Assembly: GCA_965198235.1 (NCBI GenBank)
Contig: OZ240248.1
Coordinates: 4,288,001-4,352,000 of the forward strand
Direction: 5' to 3'
DNA: 64,000 bases
DNA from: Candidatus Poribacteria bacterium
GTDB lineage: Bacteria; Poribacteria; WGA-4E; WGA-3G
This document shows, piece by piece, positions 58,276-64,000 of the stretch. The notes below the pieces were generated by a model that worked only from the letters and a program-made list of their open reading frames with translations, searched no databases and was not told the DNA's origin. Each line of letters starts with the position of its first letter. Within the stretch, counting starts at the first letter, position 1. The position numbers and the translations under genes are program-made.

Positions 58276-59301
58276 ATGAAATCAATCCTGTCCTATCTAT
58301 CGATTCTCTGCGTTATACTCGCCATCGGGTGCGATAATGCTTCAAAACGCAACACCGCTCAAGATGAGAAGGGTGATACATCCGCTGAGTTAGTAAACGA
58401 TAATTCCACAAAACGCCGCTATATCAGCATCGGCACCGCCCCCGCCGGTGGCGCATTTTTCGTCGTCGGCTCCGCAATCGCCGAAGTGGTTGATGGTAAC
58501 GTTACAGAAGCGAACTGGGAAGTGACCGCTGAAGCCACTAAAGGCACACAGGAGAACATCCGTCGTATCGTGAACAGTGAACTGGAATTCGCGCTCGCCA
58601 ACGCCGCAATCTCCTATTTTGCCGTGCGCGGCGAAGGCGCGTGGGCAACCGAACACACTATCCGTAACGTCATGACACTTGCTCCCAATGTTGGATTATT
58701 CCTTACGCCGCAGTCCTCCGATATCCGTGGCATCCGAGACTTCGCCGGTAAACGGATTGTTGTTGGACCGGCGGGTGCAGGTTTCGAGTACTTCCTTAAA
58801 CCGATACTGGCGGCACACGGTATCACCTACGACGATTTCACACCGATCAACAGTACTTATATTGGGGCAGTAGATTTGTTAGCGGACGGTTCCGTCGCCG
58901 CCGCGTTCGTCGGCGGTGCGATCCCAACACCAGCCGCTATGCAAGCCAGCACGTCTCAAGACATATTCTTCATTCCGTTCGACGACACAGCGAAACAGTC
59001 TCTCTTTGCAGACTATCCCTTCTTTAACGCTGTAACTATCCCTGCCAATACCTACAAAGGACAGACGGAACCGTTCGCGAGCATGAACGTGGGCGCGATG
59101 CACCTCATCACCGCTGAGAACGTAGATGAAAACACGGTTTACGAATTCACGAAGACTTTGTATACACACCGGGCGGAAGTCGTGAAACGGCACGGTGCGG
59201 GCAAAGCCATTAACCCGAAAAATGTCGTCAAAGACACAGGCACACCTTTTCATCTGGGTGCCATTCGTTTCTACCGAGAAATCGGCATCTGGAACGAATA
59301 A
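58276..59301 (+). CDS. TAXI family TRAP transporter solute-binding lipoprotein
   Basis: Lipobox LAIGC, SIGTAPAGG, TKGTQENI, PFHLGAIRFYRE. Confidence 0.9.
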   Translation: MKSILSYLSILCVILAIGCDNASKRNTAQDEKGDTSAELVNDNSTKRRYISIGTAPAGGAFFVVGSAIAEVVDGNVTEANWEVTAEATKGTQENIRRIVNSELEFALANAAISYFAVRGEGAWATEHTIRNVMTLAPNVGLFLTPQSSDIRGIRDFAGKRIVVGPAGAGFEYFLKPILAAHGITYDDFTPINSTYIGAVDLLADGSVAAAFVGGAIPTPAAMQASTSQDIFFIPFDDTAKQSLFADYPFFNAVTIPANTYKGQTEPFASMNVGAMHLITAENVDENTVYEFTKTLYTHRAEVVKRHGAGKAINPKNVVKDTGTPFHLGAIRFYREIGIWNE

Positions 59302-59431
59302 AAACACTCTCTTCCATTTTTTGAAAAATCATGCACCCTTTTCGTCTCCAAACCGCGTCATTAACAACAAAGGAAATGGAAATCTGCAACATTTTAGCGG
59401 CTCGTTTGTAGTAATAATACGCGCATAGAGG

Positions 59432-59537
59432 GACCGGAAATAGGGTCTTCTCGGTCAAGAAATATGCTTGCCTGAAATGTCCCTATTTCCGGTCGGCTTC
59501 GGTCTGTGGGAGACTGTTCTCTTTTCAGACCGAAGTC
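59432..59537 (+). promoter_or_regulatory. Structured leader with two adjacent long hairpins
   Basis: GACCGGAAATAGGG/CCCTATTTCCGGTC (14-bp perfect) then GGCTTCGGTCTG/CAGACCGAAGTC. Confidence 0.5.
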
Positions 59538-59569
59538 TCATTCGCGTCCCAGAAAAAGAAAAACGTGAT

Positions 59570-61309
59570 ATGAAAGATGTTCTGCGACTTCTGTCATATA
59601 TAAAACCGTATTGGCATTTCCAAGTGCTTTACATTCTTTGCCAGCTCGGCTACTTTGGCGGGTTTATCGTTCTCCCTTGGATTGAAAAGATTCTGATTGA
59701 CGATGTCTTTCTCGCAAAAAATGCCGATAAACTGCTGCCCACTTGCGGACTTTGGATGCTGATAGCATTTGGCATGTACCTCTTTACACTTGGGTTCGCC
59801 TATTTTCCCATAAAGGTCTCACAAAATGCCGCGAAAGACATCGAACTCCAAGCCTACCACCATCTCCGTAGATTAGGGTTCAAGTTCTATGACACACAGC
59901 AAACCGGCAATGTCATGGCACTGTTCACGTCAGACACACCAAAGGCGATAGAGGGATTTCAGATATTTGCCAGCGACTATCCGACAAACACCATCCTGCT
60001 CATTGTTACCATCCCTGTCGTCATGCACGTCAGTTGGCAGTTATGCCTTCTCTCACTGCTCCTCGTCGGTGTGACTGTCTTGATGCCTATTTTTTTAAAC
60101 AAATCCCTTAATCGAATCGGGGAAGAAGTTCAAGAACAAAACGCTGTGCTGTCAAGCAACCTACAAGAAAGTATCGCCGGTTCCCGAGAACTCAAGGGAT
60201 TGGGAAAAGAACTTTACGATCTAAAAAACATCCATCACTTCCTGAAACAACTTGCGACAATTCGCATCAAACAGGTAAAGATCCAAAAGGTAGGGGATAT
60301 CTCAGTCATCTGGTGGCTAAGCAATGCGCTGGTGTTTCTGGTGGGAGGCGGGTATGTCTTACAAGATGCTATGACCGTGGGAGAACTCGTTGCAGTAGTC
60401 ATGTGGTTCAATGCCCTGCAACGTCCCGTGCACTTTCTCGTAATCCTGCATCTCAGCATTCCATCAGTCATGGCGGCTGCTCGCCGAATTTTCGCGTTCT
60501 TTGACGAACACGAGGAAGAACCGCAAGACGGGACACTGATCACGCAAATTGAGGGCAGCGTTCAATTCTCCGATGTCTCCTTTGAATACAGTGAAGCACA
60601 ACCCGTTTTGAAACGGATTCGTTTTCAAGCAGAACCCGGCGAAACAATTGCCATCGTTGGACCCAGCGGTGCTGGTAAGAGTACCTTGGTTAGCCTAATT
60701 CCGCGCTTCTACGAACCCCAACACGGTAATATCCTCATTGATACCACACCGATTGATACAATTCAAATTCAATCGTTACGCTCACATATCGGCATCGTTT
60801 TTCAAGATCCATATCTATTCGCTGAGAGTATCGCCTATAACATCCGTCTGGGTGCGGAAGACCCAGACGTAGTAACACACGAAGAGATAGTCACCGCCGC
60901 AAAGTTAGCAAACGCACACGACTTCATCATGAATTTCCCTGAGCAATATGAGAGTGAAGTCGGTGAGCGCGGGGTTCAGTTATCCGGCGGCGAGCAACAA
61001 CGGGTTGCCATTGCCCGCGTGCTCATCAGAGACCCCAAAATCCTCATTCTCGATGAGGCTACCTCGTCTCTGGATGCAGAATCCGAGGGATTGGTCCAAG
61101 AAGCACTCACACGCCTCATGAAAGGACGCACCAGTTTCGTCATCGCTCACCGACTCTCAACCATCTTGAACGCTGACAAGATTCTCGTACTTAGCGATGG
61201 AGAACTCGTTGAATCCGGCACGCATGTTGCGTTGATTCAACGGAGCGGTGTATACTACGATCTATTCCAGAAACAGTTCGCAGGGATGCAAAAAGGGGAC
61301 GTAACATGA
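59570..61309 (+). CDS. ABC exporter, fused TMD-NBD (MsbA-like), subunit 1
   Basis: Six TM helices, GPSGAGKS, LSGGEQQR, LDEATS, IAHRLST. Confidence 0.92.
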   Translation: MKDVLRLLSYIKPYWHFQVLYILCQLGYFGGFIVLPWIEKILIDDVFLAKNADKLLPTCGLWMLIAFGMYLFTLGFAYFPIKVSQNAAKDIELQAYHHLRRLGFKFYDTQQTGNVMALFTSDTPKAIEGFQIFASDYPTNTILLIVTIPVVMHVSWQLCLLSLLLVGVTVLMPIFLNKSLNRIGEEVQEQNAVLSSNLQESIAGSRELKGLGKELYDLKNIHHFLKQLATIRIKQVKIQKVGDISVIWWLSNALVFLVGGGYVLQDAMTVGELVAVVMWFNALQRPVHFLVILHLSIPSVMAAARRIFAFFDEHEEEPQDGTLITQIEGSVQFSDVSFEYSEAQPVLKRIRFQAEPGETIAIVGPSGAGKSTLVSLIPRFYEPQHGNILIDTTPIDTIQIQSLRSHIGIVFQDPYLFAESIAYNIRLGAEDPDVVTHEEIVTAAKLANAHDFIMNFPEQYESEVGERGVQLSGGEQQRVAIARVLIRDPKILILDEATSSLDAESEGLVQEALTRLMKGRTSFVIAHRLSTILNADKILVLSDGELVESGTHVALIQRSGVYYDLFQKQFAGMQKGDVT

Positions 61310-63063
61310 AAGACGTTCTGCGACTGTTGTCGTATCTAAAACCGTATTGGTATTTCCAACTGCTCTTTATCTTCTGCGCACTGGGCAACTCAGGCTGTAG
61401 TCTCATTTGGCCCTGGCTTCGGAAAATTCTGATCGACGACGTCTTTATCGTAAAAAACGCTGAACTGCTGCTGCCTACCTGCGGATTCTATGCACTGACA
61501 GCAGTCGGTATGTACTTCTTCCGATTTGGAGCCGCTTATTTCCCCGCGAAGGTTTCAGAGAATGGAGGGAAAGACATTCAACTCGAAGCCTACCACCACT
61601 TACGCAAATTAGGATTCAAATTTTACGACACGCACCAGACTGGAAAAGTCATGGCAACCTTCACATCAGACACGCCAAAAGCGGTGCAAGGATTCAATCT
61701 CTTTGCTGGTGATTATATCATAAACGGTATCATGCTCGTTGTAACACTCGGTATTATTACATACATCAACTATCAGTTGTGTATTCTCTCTTTATTACTT
61801 GTCGCCGTAAACATTATCATTCCCGCCGTTTTAGATAAACCGCTCAGTCGAATGAGTGAGGAAATCCAAGAACAGAACGCGCTACTATCGAGCAAACTAC
61901 AGGAAAGCATTGCAGGCTCTCGCGAACTCAAAGGATTAGGAAAAGAATTTTATGATTTACAGAACCTCCGCCAGTTTATCGAACGGCTCATCGCAATCAG
62001 CATCAGGCAGGGACTCATCCGGCAGGCGGGTGGTGGGTTTACCATCATTCTATTCTGGTTAGCCCAAGGTCTCATATTTTTGATAGGCGGCGGTTACGTC
62101 CTGCGCGATGCACTCACCATCGGCGAACTGCTTGTTATCATACACTACTTTGGCAACGTGCATACGCCTGTGTCACAACTTATAAAACTCCACCTCGGAA
62201 TACCATCGATCATGGTTGCGGCTCGGCGTATTTTTGTGTTCTTCGATGAACACGAAGAAGAATCGCAAGAAGGAACACCAATAGAACATGTTGAGGGACG
62301 TGTCCAATTTTCCAATATCTCCTTTGGATATAACGAAGCGGAACCCATTTTACAAGAAATGAACTTTCAAGCGGAACCCGATGAGACAGTTGCATTAGTT
62401 GGACCCAGTGGCGCAGGTAAAAGTACCCTGATTAGTTTAATTCCACGTTTCTATGACCCACAGCAAGGCAGTATTTTGATAGACACCATCCCCACCAAAG
62501 AGATCCAAATTCAGTCCCTACGCACCCATATCGGTATCGTTTTTCAAGATCCGTACCTGTTCGCTGAGAGCATCGCCTACAATATCCGACTGGGCACCGA
62601 AGACCCAGAAGCAGTAACACACGAGCAAGTTGTCGCCGCCGCAAAATTAGCAAACGCACATGACTTTATCATGAATTTCGCAGAACAGTATGAGACCAAA
62701 GTTGGTGAGCGCGGCGTTCGACTCTCTGGCGGTGAGCAGCAACGGATCGCTATCGCGCGGGTGTTGATTAGAGATCCCAAAATCCTCATTCTCGATGAGG
62801 CTACATCATCCTTGGATGCCGAATCCGAGGCACTCGTCCAAGAGGCGCTCACACGCCTCATGAAAGGACGAACCAGTTTCGTCATCGCACACCGACTCTC
62901 AACCATTTTAGATGCTGACAAAATCCTCGTTCTCAAAGAGGGTAGGCTCGTTGAAACCGGTACACATGCCGGACTGATTCAACAAGGTGGTGTCTACCAC
63001 GACCTATTCCAGAAACAGTTCGCAGGAATACAAGTAGGCAACTATGGTAAAATCCACAATTAA
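61306..63063 (+). CDS. ABC exporter, fused TMD-NBD, subunit 2 (tandem paralogue)
   Basis: Same MKDVLRLLSY start and motifs; 4-nt overlap with previous gene. Confidence 0.92.
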   Translation: MKDVLRLLSYLKPYWYFQLLFIFCALGNSGCSLIWPWLRKILIDDVFIVKNAELLLPTCGFYALTAVGMYFFRFGAAYFPAKVSENGGKDIQLEAYHHLRKLGFKFYDTHQTGKVMATFTSDTPKAVQGFNLFAGDYIINGIMLVVTLGIITYINYQLCILSLLLVAVNIIIPAVLDKPLSRMSEEIQEQNALLSSKLQESIAGSRELKGLGKEFYDLQNLRQFIERLIAISIRQGLIRQAGGGFTIILFWLAQGLIFLIGGGYVLRDALTIGELLVIIHYFGNVHTPVSQLIKLHLGIPSIMVAARRIFVFFDEHEEESQEGTPIEHVEGRVQFSNISFGYNEAEPILQEMNFQAEPDETVALVGPSGAGKSTLISLIPRFYDPQQGSILIDTIPTKEIQIQSLRTHIGIVFQDPYLFAESIAYNIRLGTEDPEAVTHEQVVAAAKLANAHDFIMNFAEQYETKVGERGVRLSGGEQQRIAIARVLIRDPKILILDEATSSLDAESEALVQEALTRLMKGRTSFVIAHRLSTILDADKILVLKEGRLVETGTHAGLIQQGGVYHDLFQKQFAGIQVGNYGKIHN

Positions 63064-63169
63064 GTGTACATTGGAGAGATAGCAAGGTTAGGAAACCTCG
63101 CCAACGGAGATGGTGCGTTTACGTCCGATCTCTCGCGAAAATGTCTATTTATTTCTCGGTTTTACCATA
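63043..63169. mobile_element. MITE-like element with ~30-bp imperfect terminal inverted repeats
   Basis: TATGGTAAAATCCACAATTAAGTGTACATT ... AATGTCTATTTATTTCTCGGTTTTACCATA with internal AGGTTAGGAAACCT hairpin. Confidence 0.65.
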
Positions 63170-63274
63170 AATCATTGGCATCACCGAAATTACTTAACAT
63201 AAGTTGAAAAAGTGCTTGACTTTAACGCGTCTTTTCTGATAAAATTGTAAAAATGATTATAAGGAGAACCGGAA

Positions 63275-64000
63275 ATGGAACTAACCTTTGAAAAAGATGA
63301 CCTCTTGCACTCTTTGCAAGTGCTACAAGGCGTAGCGAGCGGGCGCACGACCCTACCTATTCTTTCAAACGTGCTTATCCAAGCCGCTGATGGGAAAATT
63401 GAATGTATCGCCACAGATCTGGAGGTCGGGATTAAGATCAAGGTGGAAGGTGCCATTCAAGAAGACGGGGGAATCACCGTCTCTGCCAAAAAGTTGGCAG
63501 ACATTGTCAAAGAATTGCCCGAAGACAAACCGATACACTTCGCAACGACAGCAAATGACCGGGTTGAAATCACTTGTGGGAACGGCGTTTATAAAATCAT
63601 TGGACTTCCGGACGAAGAATTCCCACAATTGCCTTCTGTTGACGGAGACTCATTAACTATCGACGGACCTATCCTGCGTGATCTACTCCACAAAACCGAA
63701 TTTGCCGCCGCAACGGAGGATGTCCGCTACTTCCTAAACGGACTCTACTTTAATTTCCTTCCAGATAAAACGGAAGTCGTTGCAACTGATATGAGATGGC
63801 TCTCACTCGTACGCTGTGAACTGCTCACGTCGTCGGAGAACGTAAAAGGGTTCATCATCCCACTCAAAGCCGTTAAAGAGATCGCTCGCACTTTTGCTGA
63901 ATCTGAGGAAGTACAGATCTCAATTTTTGAAAATCAGATTCTCTTCGCTGATGAGAACGCTACCTTAACCACGCGGCTCGTAGAGGGGGATTATCCGCCA
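63275..64000 (+). CDS. dnaN: DNA polymerase III beta clamp (runs off right edge)
   Basis: Not in ORF track. Hand translation MELTFEKDDLLHSLQVLQGVASGRTTLPILSNVLI..ATDLEVGI..RYFLNGLYF..VATD..TRLVEGDYP; AGGAG RBS. Confidence 0.95.
   Translation, partial: MELTFEKDDLLHSLQVLQGVASGRTTLPILSNVLIQAADGKIECIATDLEVGIKIKVEGAIQEDGGITVSAKKLADIVKELPEDKPIHFATTANDRVEITCGNGVYKIIGLPDEEFPQLPSVDGDSLTIDGPILRDLLHKTEFAAATEDVRYFLNGLYFNFLPDKTEVVATDMRWLSLVRCELLTSSENVKGFIIPLKAVKEIARTFAESEEVQISIFENQILFADENATLTTRLVEGDYPP

Noticed and set aside
63064-63274. oriC
   Set aside because: No DnaA box cluster; region is occupied by a MITE-like element and a promoter
1-64000. Numerous antisense and overlapping ORFs in the six-frame track; tRNA or rRNA genes
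   Set aside because: The ORFs are shadows of well-supported genes without motifs; no tRNA cloverleaf or rRNA signature was recognised

Overview
Bacterial chromosomal window of roughly 50% GC. Gene content suggests Candidatus Poribacteria or a similar sponge-associated lineage (three PhyH-type dioxygenases, Gfo/Idh/MocA and TIM-barrel sugar enzymes, TPR and PQQ-propeller proteins, DUF6785-type membrane protein); this is inference only. Core and metabolic genes include tsaE, sbcCD, aroQ, a 2-oxoacid:ferredoxin oxidoreductase pair and a partial dnaN. There are two defence-type islands. The first (8.2-12.8 kb) has DarT-NADAR plus duplicated HicAB. The second (39.7-50.5 kb) has a PLD-SNF2 helicase, a RelE-type TA pair, an N6-adenine methyltransferase, a GxxExxY nuclease, a broken FRG-TPR gene and Rpn. 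A halogenase / radical SAM / CoA-ligase cluster lies at 50.5-63 kb. The most striking unexplained structure is the GxxExxY nuclease gene bracketed by oppositely oriented arrays of a ~45-bp repeat with a 9-bp internal period, with gene-less copies elsewhere; it is a candidate nuclease-driven repeat or mobile system. Also notable are an unannotated ~197-nt rod-shaped RNA behind a perfect sigma70 promoter (6S-like) and several REP/MITE-like families that nest, bracket genes and enter reading frames. All family assignments are from motif recognition by eye; no searches were run.
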